Below, one piece after another: positions 28,291-38,384 of a stretch of 50,920 bases of DNA. Positions within the stretch are counted from its first letter, which is position 1; each line of letters opens with the position of its first letter. The translations under genes and the position numbers were made by a program. Source of the stretch: Candidatus Zixiibacteriota bacterium (lineage in GTDB: Bacteria > Zixibacteria > MSB-5A5 > GN15 > FEB-12); NCBI GenBank assembly GCA_041742355.1, contig JBGSIV010000216.1, positions 1 through 50,920 of the forward strand, written 5' to 3'. The notes under the pieces were generated by a model. That model was given only the letters and a program-made list of their open reading frames with translations, was not told the origin of the DNA and made no database searches.

Positions 28291-29268
28291 TCAGAAAGTG
28301 AACCCGACCGAGAACCGGTGGGTGTTTTCGAGGCGTCCGAATTCCTGCCAGGCGTAGTCAATCACGAGCTTGGTTTCGCTCGCCACCGACGTCCGGATGC
28401 CGCCGCCCAGCGTCAGACCTTCCTCGTCATAGTTGATCTTGTACCCGCCGCGCAGGAAGTACTGGTCGCGGAAGCCCCACTGGGCTCCCAGCGACCCCTG
28501 CTGCTCGTTATCGTTGGGGTGCTTCAATTCGGACGACAAGGTCAGTATCGAATTGGCGCCCATGTCCATGTCGTAGGCAAGGCCGAAGCGGAACGTCATC
28601 GGCAAGTCGTACGCCGTCGTCTTCAACTCGGCGCCGGTGCCTTCTTCGCCGACGGGGACGTTGAGGTCCGGTCCGCCGAACTCCATTTCCGGTCCCATGT
28701 TCGTGATGGCCATCCCCAGCCGGAGCGACCGGAATCCGGTCTCCAGCTGCGTGCCGAGGTCGAATGCAAAGCCTTCGGCGCTTTCATTGTGAATCCGCTC
28801 GCCGACAAACTTCACGGTCGCCCCGAACGAGAACCGGTTGGTGAGCATGCGTGCGTACGACACGCCGACCGCGTAGGACGAGGCCGAGTAGAAGTCCCCG
28901 GTCCCGTTCTGCTCCTCCATCGTCGTGATCTCCTGGTCGTCCATCGAGAGCACCGACGCGCTCACGGCGAACGTCCCGACCTCTTCGAAGTAGTGCGCGA
29001 TCGAGGCGTAGTTGAGGTCGACATCCAGCAGCCAGTTCACGTTCGTGAAACTGACCGACGTGTTCTCGATCGACGTCAACCCGGCCGGGTTCCAGTAGGC
29101 CGCGTAGGCGTCGTTGACGGTGGCCGCCGATGCGTCGCCCATCGCCTGGTACTTCGCACCCACGCCGATCTTGAGGAACTGCGCTCCGGTCGATCCCACC
29201 TTGGAGAACTCGGCGAAAGCGCTCCCCGCGATCAGCAGCAGGGCGAGAATCAATACGATCTTTTTCAC
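28291..29268 (-). CDS. PorV/PorQ family outer-membrane protein
   Basis: GAQFLKIGVGA...AMG...AYWNPAGL signature; C-terminal HRFSVGFTF. Confidence 0.88.
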   Translation of the reverse strand: MKKIVLILALLLIAGSAFAEFSKVGSTGAQFLKIGVGAKYQAMGDASAATVNDAYAAYWNPAGLTSIENTSVSFTNVNWLLDVDLNYASIAHYFEEVGTFAVSASVLSMDDQEITTMEEQNGTGDFYSASSYAVGVSYARMLTNRFSFGATVKFVGERIHNESAEGFAFDLGTQLETGFRSLRLGMAITNMGPEMEFGGPDLNVPVGEEGTGAELKTTAYDLPMTFRFGLAYDMDMGANSILTLSSELKHPNDNEQQGSLGAQWGFRDQYFLRGGYKINYDEEGLTLGGGIRTSVASETKLVIDYAWQEFGRLENTHRFSVGFTF

Positions 29269-29280
29269 CTCGTACCTCCT

Positions 29281-32001
29281 TTACTTGACCACCGCGAATC
29301 GACCGAGGAACTCCCCGTAGTCGGATTCGACGTGGAAGATGTAGATCCCGGAGGCCACCTGCTGGTTGTTGCTCGACAGCAGATTCCAGTATGCCTCGCC
29401 GCTCCCGACGTGGTCGAGCGTCTCGACCAGGTCGCCGGCCATGGTGTAGATCCGGATCGTGCACTTGTCCGGGAGATTCTTGAACTGCAGCTCGCCGACC
29501 CGGCCCGCGTTTCCGTTGCGAACGAAGTACGGGTTCGGCACCGCCTTGATGTTCTTCAGGTCGCCGGCCGCGGCCGTTGCATCAACGCCGTCCACCTTGA
29601 AGGTGAACCGGTCGCCGGGACCGTTGACCGGCGCGCCAAAGACCGTGAAGATATCGCCGGTCGCAGGGCCGAAGACTTCCGAGTCGAACTGGAACATCCA
29701 CGAGTAGCGGAACGGGAATGACTCCGCCGCCACCGACGCCAGGGAATCGTAGGGGTAGTCGACTATGACCAGTGGATCGTACGGCTGCCATTCGCCATCG
29801 CTCTCCAGGTCATGGACAGCCAGCGACACCCGTTCGTTACGGGTCGTGTTCCATATTTCGAACGGCACCTGGTAGACATTGTCGATCTCGTAGTAGCCGT
29901 CAAGGATCCAGCACGAGCGGGTCGAATCGCCTGTGTAGCGCAGTTCGTAGGTGCAGCGGAACGGTTCGTGGCTCCACACGTAGGCGGGGTTGTCAAAGGC
30001 CCACGGAATGCTCTGCTGCACGACTCCGCTCCACGCAAGGGTCGTGTCGGCCCCGGAGAAACCGGTTTGGACCAGCCCCCGCGAAGCCAGTACCCCGTCG
30101 GTCACCATGACCCGCCACCCTTCGACCACCGGGTATTCCTGCGGGCTGGCGTCCATCAGGGTCTGATCGGCCAGAACCGTGTCGCCGGTTGTCTCGTTCA
30201 GGAGGTGCCACACCGTGCTGGTCGTGCCGTCCTCAAAGACGACCGTATAGCTGTCTCCGAGGATATTATCGGGATTAAAGATCTCAGCGTATACATTTCC
30301 TTCGGACGGCACGTCGACCCCGGTGTACTGGTGTTCGAGTGTCGACTGGGCATCGTAGTAGCCCGCCGGATGAGCCTGGGGTACGACGCTTAGCACGTTG
30401 GGCACTTCGCCTGCGGTCCCGAAACCGGACTGCAGCGGATCGACGCCCACGGTCGTATCCCCTCGGTCGTACGCCACGAGGCAGTACCAGTACTCCACGC
30501 CGTTCACCAGCCCTGAGTCAACAAACGACCGGGCGATCGGGTCCCCCGCCTCGTTCACCTTGTATTCCGCTATGGTCTCGTAGTCGATGTCGAGGCAGTC
30601 GCTCTCGATATCCCGGCCGTCGAGCTCCTCGCCCCAGGTGCGGCCGCGATCGGTGCTCCGGTAGAGCTTGTAGCCGACGAAATCGGCCTCGCCGGACATC
30701 GGATCGAGGCTTACTTCCGAGGTATCTCCCCAGGAGAGGTAGACTTTTTCGCTGCCGGCTTTGGCCGTCAGCACCGGTGTCGACGGCGGCTCCGGACCGA
30801 CAAAGTTATTATCGTAGAGCTCCTGCGCGAGCGCGGCGTTGTCCCGGAACTCGGCGTCGTTCATGCCCGCGACGAGCGCGAACACAACCCGCACCGTCTT
30901 TCCGGCGGTCAGGTCGATCCCGCGCGTGCACTGCACGTAGAACTGGTCGGTCGGCGGCAGGGAGGCGTCGAACTGCTCCGAGTTGATCATCGCGTACCGG
31001 CCGGGATCGTTGTCGGGCAGGAACGCCCAGTCGTCGGTCCGGAACGCGGTCATCCCGATGTTGTCCGGCGTCTCGAGGAGTTTCGTCCCCATGATGCCTG
31101 CCCGGGCTTTCCAGCCTTCGTCATAGTAGTCCTCGTCGTAGATCCAGGCGAGGTTCTCAGTTGAATCGAATCCGACGAGGTCGCCCAGTCGGCCGTTCTC
31201 ACCGGTGCCATCCGGCCCGCCCACGTCGATATCGATGTACATACCGACTGCGAAGTCGGCGTAGTCGATCTCCGAGGCATTGGTGATATCCAGCACGACG
31301 AACATGAAATCTTCGTTGTAGCAGTAGTTCCACTGGTAGATCGTCTGGGTGATCTCCAGGCCCATGTTGGTCTGTCCGGTCGCGTTGTCGGTGAACCGGA
31401 CATGGGAATCCTGCAGGGAGGTCGGGCCGCCGGGGCGGTATTCGGTCGCCAGCGCGTTGTAGACCTCGTTGTAGTCCCACTGCTCGACCGAGGGATTCCA
31501 CACCCGCCAGCCGTACGCCGGCTTCCCCTCGCCCAGGCCGACCGTATCGGTCGGATCGTACCCGAAGTACCGGGTCGTATCAGTGGACAGGAGAATCCGG
31601 TAGGGATCGGCCAGTTCGTCATTGGGCAGGCACTGGAAATCGTCCGCCGAATTCGACACGAGCGTGTCGCCGTTTGGCGCTATCCCGCCCATCCAGAAGC
31701 GGACTTCGGCGAGGTAGTCGTGGCCCGAGTTGCGCGGCCACTCACCCGACGGATATCCGTAGTAGTTGTACCCGCCGATGTAGCCCCAGTTGTCCACCGT
31801 GGTCACGATGTTTCCCACGTTGTGCGTGATCTGGTCCCAGGTCGCCGGATGCGGCGACAGGACCTGGCTGCGGTCCCGACCGCCGCCGGGCTGATACGGC
31901 GGCGGAGCCATCGCGCCGGCCGAGACGGCCAGCAGGCACAGCGCCGAAACCGCGACCAGACAACCATTCGAAATACGGAATGTTCTCGCGTTCATTGTCA
32001 T
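29281..32001 (-). CDS. Secreted acidic protein with FN3-like domain and T9SS-type C-terminal domain
   Basis: Signal peptide; PSGEWPRNSG; VYLSW...GYKLYRS...GVEYWY; IKAVPNPY...IRIYTMAGDLV...VASGIYIFHV...FAVVK. Confidence 0.8.
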   Translation of the reverse strand: MTMNARTFRISNGCLVAVSALCLLAVSAGAMAPPPYQPGGGRDRSQVLSPHPATWDQITHNVGNIVTTVDNWGYIGGYNYYGYPSGEWPRNSGHDYLAEVRFWMGGIAPNGDTLVSNSADDFQCLPNDELADPYRILLSTDTTRYFGYDPTDTVGLGEGKPAYGWRVWNPSVEQWDYNEVYNALATEYRPGGPTSLQDSHVRFTDNATGQTNMGLEITQTIYQWNYCYNEDFMFVVLDITNASEIDYADFAVGMYIDIDVGGPDGTGENGRLGDLVGFDSTENLAWIYDEDYYDEGWKARAGIMGTKLLETPDNIGMTAFRTDDWAFLPDNDPGRYAMINSEQFDASLPPTDQFYVQCTRGIDLTAGKTVRVVFALVAGMNDAEFRDNAALAQELYDNNFVGPEPPSTPVLTAKAGSEKVYLSWGDTSEVSLDPMSGEADFVGYKLYRSTDRGRTWGEELDGRDIESDCLDIDYETIAEYKVNEAGDPIARSFVDSGLVNGVEYWYCLVAYDRGDTTVGVDPLQSGFGTAGEVPNVLSVVPQAHPAGYYDAQSTLEHQYTGVDVPSEGNVYAEIFNPDNILGDSYTVVFEDGTTSTVWHLLNETTGDTVLADQTLMDASPQEYPVVEGWRVMVTDGVLASRGLVQTGFSGADTTLAWSGVVQQSIPWAFDNPAYVWSHEPFRCTYELRYTGDSTRSCWILDGYYEIDNVYQVPFEIWNTTRNERVSLAVHDLESDGEWQPYDPLVIVDYPYDSLASVAAESFPFRYSWMFQFDSEVFGPATGDIFTVFGAPVNGPGDRFTFKVDGVDATAAAGDLKNIKAVPNPYFVRNGNAGRVGELQFKNLPDKCTIRIYTMAGDLVETLDHVGSGEAYWNLLSSNNQQVASGIYIFHVESDYGEFLGRFAVVK

Positions 32002-32011
32002 CTGCTCCGGT

Positions 32012-34690
32012 TTAGAAATTCAGCTCCAGCCCGGTCCTGATCGTCCGAGGCGGGGCGTAGTTTTGCGGATCCTTATCATAGAGTCGATCGTAGCGATCCA
32101 GTTCCTGCTGGCTGACGGCCAGGCCACCCTGCGGATTGACTCCGTCGTTGTCCGCCAGACCGGTGAATTCATAGAGGCTGACCACGTTGCGCCGATCGAA
32201 GAGGTTGTCCACCTCGACGAACAGGCTCAAGCGTTTGCCGCCCCGCATTCCGAAGTCCTTGTTGAACCGCATGTCGACGGTGTAGTGCGCCGGGAGACGG
32301 CCCTCGTTGCGCTCGCCCAGCCGGTTGCCGTTGGCGTCAACCTGCGTGTACGGCAGCCCGGAACCGTAGTACCCCACGAACGTCAGCCCCCAGTTGCCGG
32401 GGAGCTTCTGCCCGAAGAACCGCGCGTCCCAGTCGGCCGGCGCCCGGTAGGTCATCACTCCGGTCACCGTGTGCCGCTGATCGAAATCAAGCGGATACTC
32501 GGTCACCGGCTGCACCGTATCGGTCGTGCTCGACAGCCAGGTGTAGTAGGCTTCGGTCGCGTACGACCCGCTACCGTTCGCGATCATGTAGCCGTAGGAA
32601 ATCGAGCCGCTGAAGTTGCTGCGGCTCGGCAGAACTTCCAGCGCCAGGTCGATACCCTTGACCGACCCGTAGTCCTCGTTGACAAACCGGTCGACCGGCT
32701 GCAGGTCCGCCCGTTCTCCCTGGGCTACCCGCCGCACTGTCACCAGGTCCTGAATGTCCTTGTAGTACGCCGTCGCGTTCAACCGGAGGTTTTCGGTGAT
32801 CAGGTGATCGACCCCGAGTTCGTACGCGGTCGTCTGTTCCGGCTTCAGATCCGGATTGCCCAGCAGCGGGCGGCCCGTGGATACATCCCCCTGGTAGTTC
32901 AGGTAGAGGTACGTGAACCGGGGCTCCTGGAAGTACTGACCGTAGTTGAACCGCATGACGCTGTTCTCGGCGATCGGGAACGACACGCCCAGTCGCGGCG
33001 ACACTTTCGATTTGGCGTCGGCCTCTTTCCAGGTCGGCTCGAGCGTCTCCGTGGGGGTGATGTTGTAGCTGATGTCGGCGTTGTGGTAGTCGTAGCGCAG
33101 GCCGAGGTTTACTACGAAGTAGTCGTATTCCATCTTGTCCTGCAGGAACGCCGAGACATAAGTCGGCTTGGTTTCGTACTTCTCGCCGTACGGCTGCACG
33201 TTGTAGAACTGCTTGAAGTCCCACCGGATGTCGTACTTGCGGTACTCCACCCCGGCCTTGATCTGGTTCCACTTGTTGATCTGGTTCAGGAGGCGAACCG
33301 AGAACGAGTTGTACCAGGTTTCGCGCAGCCGGTAGGTCGGCTCGAAATCTTCGCCGGCCGTGAAACCGACGACCTCCATCGGATCGGTCTGATCGGCCGA
33401 GTTGCCGTAGTTGTCATCGTCGATCGTGCCGTTGTAATCGCCGTTGGCGTCCTCCGAGTACCCCGGCCACTCGTCCCAGTACAGGTCGAAGAGGTGCTCC
33501 GGCGCCGCTTTCGTCTTCGTATGGAAGCGGTTGGCCGAAGCCGAGAGGACGGTCCGCTCGCTGAAGGCGTAGTCGGCGCCGAATCCCACCAGGTACGCTT
33601 TCTTCTCCTGGTGCGGCAGGCCGTCGAGGTTGAAGTCGTACGACCGGTCGTTCACGTCCCGGTGCTCGTAGAGCGAGCCTTCGGCGGTATAGTAGGAGAA
33701 ATTCGATTTCAGTTTCACCCCGCTCGCCGGCGTCAGCGAGATCTTTGTCGTTCCGGTCCACGAGGTCAGGTCGTTGTGCGGCAGGTGGGTCGGATCGGTG
33801 AGGTACTGGCCGCCCGCGAAGAAGGTGTACCGCTTCGGGTCAAAGCCCGGCAGCGGTCCGGCGAGGTGGAACGCGGCCGAGCGGTTCCCCAGCCGCGACA
33901 GGTTCGACCAGTCGCCTGTGTTCACATCGTAGGGCTGGGTGTAGCCCTCGTAGAACTTCACGCCGCCTTCGTACTTGGAGCTCCCGTCCCGGGACACGGC
34001 GTTCACGACACCCGACAGGGCCTCGCCGTACTCGGCCGTGTAGCCGCCCGAGGTCAGCGACAGCTCTTCCAGTGCCGACGGGATAATGTTCATTCCCTGG
34101 CTGGCGGTGAAGGGATCCTGGATGTTGAACCCGTCATAGAGGTAGGTCACCTGGCCCGCGCGTCCACCGCGGACGTGCAGTGCCTGGTCGCCGTCTTCCA
34201 CCACACCCGGATAATTTTTCAGCACCGATTGGATGCTGATCATGTTCGGCAGTTCCTCCAGCCGGTCCGCGGTAAAGATGATCCGCGAGGCGGTCAGATC
34301 CTGCTGCACGATCGGGTTGGCGGCGGTGACGATAACCTGGCGGCCCAGTTCGATGGGCGCCGGCGACAGCTCGAAATCCATCGGCGTGGTCAGGTCGACC
34401 AGCACCCGCACGCCCGTCTTCGTGATCGGCTCGTAGCCCATCACGGTGACGGACAGGTCATGCGCGCCGCCCGGCAGGTTAATAATGAAGTACTCGCCGT
34501 CGGAATCGGTGACTGTCCCGATCTCCGTTCCGACCACTTGAATGACAGCCCCCACAATCGGCTCACCCGTTGCCGAGTCGGCCACCGTTCCCGCGATCTT
34601 GCCGGACACACCGGCGAAGGCGAGTGACGGTAACGACAGCAGGAACAGGCAGCCAATGATGCCTGATAGGACTTTCAGCCGTTCACACAA
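32012..34690 (-). CDS. TonB-dependent receptor
   Basis: GKIAGTV...TDSDGEYFI N-terminal domain; LHVRGGR, GGYTAEYG plug; SPRLG, NPDLKPE; C-terminal GLELNF. Start uncertain (TTG 34690 after GGAGG; alternatives 34708, 34720). Confidence 0.93.
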   Translation of the reverse strand: MCERLKVLSGIIGCLFLLSLPSLAFAGVSGKIAGTVADSATGEPIVGAVIQVVGTEIGTVTDSDGEYFIINLPGGAHDLSVTVMGYEPITKTGVRVLVDLTTPMDFELSPAPIELGRQVIVTAANPIVQQDLTASRIIFTADRLEELPNMISIQSVLKNYPGVVEDGDQALHVRGGRAGQVTYLYDGFNIQDPFTASQGMNIIPSALEELSLTSGGYTAEYGEALSGVVNAVSRDGSSKYEGGVKFYEGYTQPYDVNTGDWSNLSRLGNRSAAFHLAGPLPGFDPKRYTFFAGGQYLTDPTHLPHNDLTSWTGTTKISLTPASGVKLKSNFSYYTAEGSLYEHRDVNDRSYDFNLDGLPHQEKKAYLVGFGADYAFSERTVLSASANRFHTKTKAAPEHLFDLYWDEWPGYSEDANGDYNGTIDDDNYGNSADQTDPMEVVGFTAGEDFEPTYRLRETWYNSFSVRLLNQINKWNQIKAGVEYRKYDIRWDFKQFYNVQPYGEKYETKPTYVSAFLQDKMEYDYFVVNLGLRYDYHNADISYNITPTETLEPTWKEADAKSKVSPRLGVSFPIAENSVMRFNYGQYFQEPRFTYLYLNYQGDVSTGRPLLGNPDLKPEQTTAYELGVDHLITENLRLNATAYYKDIQDLVTVRRVAQGERADLQPVDRFVNEDYGSVKGIDLALEVLPSRSNFSGSISYGYMIANGSGSYATEAYYTWLSSTTDTVQPVTEYPLDFDQRHTVTGVMTYRAPADWDARFFGQKLPGNWGLTFVGYYGSGLPYTQVDANGNRLGERNEGRLPAHYTVDMRFNKDFGMRGGKRLSLFVEVDNLFDRRNVVSLYEFTGLADNDGVNPQGGLAVSQQELDRYDRLYDKDPQNYAPPRTIRTGLELNF

Positions 34691-34792
34691 GGCGGCTCCT
34701 CCTCGCATATGTTTATCCACTGATAATTTCCTCTGTATCGTCGGTGTCGGTATAGCGTGAGGCACACCGGTCACCGGTGATTCTTGTCAGTT

Positions 34793-34819
34793 GTATCGGC
34801 TCCCCCTGTAAATCCTTGA
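34793..34819 (-). promoter_or_regulatory. sigma28 (FliA/SigD)-like promoter for the TonB receptor operon
   Basis: TCAAG-GATTTACAGGGGGA-GCCGATAC (TCAA-N15-GCCGATAC). Confidence 0.7.
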
Positions 34820-34875
34820 CAGGGGAAAGCGCGGATCGCGCTGTCTTTTTTCGCCGGATGGCGGCTCGCGAATGG

Positions 34876-34902
34876 TCAAGAATTCCCCGACTAAGCCGAT
34901 AC
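34876..34902 (+). promoter_or_regulatory. sigma28-like promoter for the signalling operon
   Basis: TCAAG-AATTCCCCGACTAA-GCCGATAC. Confidence 0.7.
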
Positions 34903-34988
34903 TTTGGAAAGTGTTATCGGAGAGCCTTCGCCCCGTGCCGATCAGCCCGGCGGGCGATCTTTATAGAGAGGATAAACGTACCCGCCCG

Positions 34989-35942
34989 ATGGACAGCGTG
35001 ACGAAAAGGGTATTCGCGACGGCCGCGTTCCTCGGCTTCATTACTATGGTGGGGGGGATCTCCGCCCGGGCCGCCAATGTCGCCGTGCTCATGAGCGACA
35101 CCCTGACCTCGACCACCCGCACCCTGCAGGGAGCGCGCAAGGTTATCGAGCGCAGCAACCCCGGTGTCGCCCTTCACACCTTCATTGTCGGGCAGGGTTC
35201 GGGCGACCGGGTTCTGATCGATTCCATCCGCTCTCTCAGGCCGACCGCCATCCTGACTATCGGGAGTTCCGCCACCAACCTCGCCAAACAACATCTGCCC
35301 GGGACCCCGATTGTTTTCGCGGGCGTCATGTACCCGGTGCTCTCCGGGTTTGTCGAATCGAATCAGCATCCCGGCGGACTCGTCACCGGTGCGTCGCTCG
35401 ATATTCCCAATGAGGTCCAGTTCCGCTACTTCAAGAAGATCATCCCCAATATCAAGTCCATCGGGGTGCTCTATACCTCCAATACGGCCAGTCTCATTCC
35501 GACCGCCCGGGCGGTGGCTCGCGGCATGGGGATCGATCTTGTCGCGATCGAAATCAAGGACAGTCGGGAGCTCCCAGTGGCCCTCGACTCGCTGGCTTCG
35601 GTGGTCCAGGGAATTTGGTCGGTCGCCGACCCCGTCCTGTTTGACCCTCAGGCCACCAAGTACATTCTGCTGAATACCCTGCGCAAGAGCATCCCCTTCA
35701 TGGGGTTCTCCCGCTACGTGGTGGAGTCCGGCGCCCTCTTCGCGCTCGACTTCGACTACAAGGCTGTCGGGATCCAGGCCGGACAGATCCTCAATCGCAT
35801 TCTTGCCGGGGAGAGCCCCGCCGACATCAGCGTCTCGGCCGCCGATGTCATCTGGTTCCATTATAATGAGAAGACCGCGCAGCACATAAGAGTCACCATC
35901 CCCGATGAACTGGTCGCCGTCGCCAAGGAGGTCTACCGATGA
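34989..35942 (+). CDS. ABC-type substrate-binding-like periplasmic protein (orphan, likely sensory)
   Basis: Signal peptide; TPIVFAGV, IKSIGVLY, VESGALFA, GIQAG; stop overlaps kinase start (ATGA). Confidence 0.85.
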   Translation: MDSVTKRVFATAAFLGFITMVGGISARAANVAVLMSDTLTSTTRTLQGARKVIERSNPGVALHTFIVGQGSGDRVLIDSIRSLRPTAILTIGSSATNLAKQHLPGTPIVFAGVMYPVLSGFVESNQHPGGLVTGASLDIPNEVQFRYFKKIIPNIKSIGVLYTSNTASLIPTARAVARGMGIDLVAIEIKDSRELPVALDSLASVVQGIWSVADPVLFDPQATKYILLNTLRKSIPFMGFSRYVVESGALFALDFDYKAVGIQAGQILNRILAGESPADISVSAADVIWFHYNEKTAQHIRVTIPDELVAVAKEVYR

Positions 35943-37615
35943 GTCTCCTTGAACGCGTGCAGAGCCTCCGTTTGCGGACCAAGTTCATGGTGCCGGTCTC
36001 GATTATCGTGATCGCCAGCATCATCGCCGTCAGCGGCTACCTCATCAACCGCCAGGCCGACGGTTTCCGCCGCGAGTTGAAGACCAGCGGCCAGACGATG
36101 ATCCAGATGCTGGCGATGAACGCCGAGAGCGGCGTTTTGTTCGAATCCAAGTACGAACTCGACGAACTGCTCACCATCCTCAACCAGTTCGACGCCGTCA
36201 CCTACGCGATCATCCTCGGCTCCGAAGACCGGCCGATTTCGGCCTACGGAACGTGGAGCGAAGATCAGGTTCGGGTGAAACGCATCATGCGCGAAGTCGG
36301 CGAGTCCGATACCATCGGCGGTTCGTTCTACATCGAGAGCGCCGATGACCAGGAGTATATCGAGCTGCAGTACCCCGTTTTTTCCCGCAAGGAGGTGCTC
36401 AGCCGCGAAACCCTTGGCATGACCAGCGGCCTCGACCAGTCCATTCCGCGCCAGTATGTCGCCGAGAAGATCGGTTCCATCCGGCTGATTCTCTCGCTGG
36501 CCAAGGTCAACAAGTCCATCGCCGAGGCCCAGCAGACCGCCATCCTGCTGACGGTCGTCATTCTCATCCTGACCATCCTCATCCTGACCTTCTTCGTCCG
36601 CGTCGTTACCCGCCCGGTGCAGATGCTCGTGAGGGTCACCGACCAGGTCAGCCGCGGCGATCTCAGCCAGCGCGTCGAAATCAACCAGCTCGATGAAATC
36701 GGCCATTTGGCCAAGACCTTCAACAAGATGATCGATTCCCTGCGCCAGAGCCGGGATGAAATCGAGCAGTACAACCGCAACCTCGAGGAGAAGATTGTCG
36801 AGCGCACGCTCGCTCTGGAGGAAGCCCAGGGGCAGCTCATCCAGTCGGAGAAGATGAGCGCTATCGGCCAGCTCGCCGCCGGCGTCGCCCACGAGCTGAA
36901 CAACCCTCTGGGCGGCATTCTCGGCTATGCCCAGTTCACGCTGGAGAAGATGAAAAAGAATATCGGGCCGGAAGGCCCGTCCAAGGAGACCGCCAGCTAC
37001 GTGCGCTACCTGACCGATATCGAAACGCAGGCCCGCCGGTGCAAGAACATCGTGCAGAATCTCCTGCGCTTCTCCCGGTCATCGCACACGACCGAGTTCG
37101 ACGATGTGGACATCAACCAGGTTCTCGAAGACACCCGCACCTTTGTCGAGCACCAACTGAACATGAACCAGATCACGCTGAAGGTCGACCTGGCCAAGGA
37201 CCTCCCCCTCATCCAGGCGAATGCCAGCCAGATGCAGCAGGTCTTCACCAATCTGATCATCAACGCCATGCATGCCTCGAAGCCGGAGTCCGAGATCCGC
37301 ATCGAATCGCGCTACAGCCCGGCCGTGGGGGAGTTCGGCGGCGCCGTCGAAATGCGCTTCATCGACCAGGGTCACGGCATTCCGCCCGAACTCATTAACA
37401 AGATATTCGAACCCTTCTTTACTACGAAAGAAGTCGGCAAGGGCACCGGCCTCGGCCTCTCCGTCAGCTACGGCATTATCAAGGAGCACGGCGGCGAAGT
37501 CAAAGTCGACTCGAAGGTTGGCCAGGGCACGACCTTCACCCTCATATTGCCCGTTCAGAAACACCCCCACGAAGCCGATAAAGCCGTAAAGAGCGACGTC
37601 GGTATACAAATGTAG
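35939..37615 (+). CDS. Membrane sensor histidine kinase (HAMP-HisKA-HATPase)
   Basis: Two TM helices, HAMP (DEIGHLAKTFN), H-box AGVAHELNNPL, NLIINA, DQGHG, GTGLGL. Confidence 0.95.
   Translation: MSLLERVQSLRLRTKFMVPVSIIVIASIIAVSGYLINRQADGFRRELKTSGQTMIQMLAMNAESGVLFESKYELDELLTILNQFDAVTYAIILGSEDRPISAYGTWSEDQVRVKRIMREVGESDTIGGSFYIESADDQEYIELQYPVFSRKEVLSRETLGMTSGLDQSIPRQYVAEKIGSIRLILSLAKVNKSIAEAQQTAILLTVVILILTILILTFFVRVVTRPVQMLVRVTDQVSRGDLSQRVEINQLDEIGHLAKTFNKMIDSLRQSRDEIEQYNRNLEEKIVERTLALEEAQGQLIQSEKMSAIGQLAAGVAHELNNPLGGILGYAQFTLEKMKKNIGPEGPSKETASYVRYLTDIETQARRCKNIVQNLLRFSRSSHTTEFDDVDINQVLEDTRTFVEHQLNMNQITLKVDLAKDLPLIQANASQMQQVFTNLIINAMHASKPESEIRIESRYSPAVGEFGGAVEMRFIDQGHGIPPELINKIFEPFFTTKEVGKGTGLGLSVSYGIIKEHGGEVKVDSKVGQGTTFTLILPVQKHPHEADKAVKSDVGIQM
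37555..37581 (+). promoter_or_regulatory. Internal sigma28-like promoter upstream of the receiver genes
   Basis: TCAG-N15-GCCGATAA in the last codons of the kinase gene. Confidence 0.5.
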
Positions 37616-37633
37616 ATAGGACTGGGACGTTCA

Positions 37634-38005
37634 ATGGCTGAACCCATGAAGAGATCCGTCCTCATCGTTGATGACGAAGAGATCATCCGTAGCTTCCTGT
37701 TCGAAGTGCTCAGCGAGGAGTACGACGTCAGCCTGGCCTGCGACGGCGATGAGGCGATCGAGCGTATCCGCAAGCGGCGGTATGACCTCATCATCACTGA
37801 CCTCAAAATGCCCCGGGTCTCGGGCGAAGAAGTCGTCAAATTCGCCTGCGATTCTGACCCGAACTACAAAGTCATCGTAATCTCTGGCTTCTCCAGCCTG
37901 TACACGGTAAGCCAGTCAATAAACAACGGCGCCTGCGCGTTCCTCTCCAAACCGTTCTCCATCAAGGAGCTGATGCAGACGGTCACGAACGCGATCAGCG
38001 CGTAG
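37634..38005 (+). CDS. Single-domain response regulator
   Basis: LIVDDE, TDLKMP, ISG, KPF. Confidence 0.93.
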   Translation: MAEPMKRSVLIVDDEEIIRSFLFEVLSEEYDVSLACDGDEAIERIRKRRYDLIITDLKMPRVSGEEVVKFACDSDPNYKVIVISGFSSLYTVSQSINNGACAFLSKPFSIKELMQTVTNAISA

Positions 38006-38015
38006 GAATAACGAC

Positions 38016-38384
38016 ATGACCCGTATTCTGATAATTGACGATTCCCAGGTGATCCGCAGCCTCCTCACGGAGTACCTCACCGATTCAGGCTACCATGTGG
38101 ATCAGGCCTGCGATGGCCAGGAGGGCATCGACATGGCCCTCGCGGGCGACTACGACATCGCCTTTTGCGACATCCACATGCCCCGGAAGAACGGCTACCA
38201 GGTCTTCCAGGAAGTCTCGGCCCAGCGGCCCGGCATCTTCTTCATCATGACCGATTCCCTGCCGGACCACCTCGCCGAATTGGCCACCAGTGAGGGCGCC
38301 CACTGCTGCCTCACCAAACCCTTTGACCTCGACCAGGTCAAGAACACTCTCGAAGGATTGCTCGTCAGATCGCGAACGGTATGA
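38016..38384 (+). CDS. Single-domain response regulator
   Basis: LIIDDS, CDIHMP, MT, KPF. Confidence 0.92.
   Translation: MTRILIIDDSQVIRSLLTEYLTDSGYHVDQACDGQEGIDMALAGDYDIAFCDIHMPRKNGYQVFQEVSAQRPGIFFIMTDSLPDHLAELATSEGAHCCLTKPFDLDQVKNTLEGLLVRSRTV

Noticed and set aside
32063..34627. Long opposite-strand ORFs (also 2090-3373, 6295-7641, 24899-26539, 26214-28301, 38195-40081)
   Set aside because: Shadow ORFs antisense to well-supported genes, expected in GC-rich DNA; no recognisable motifs.
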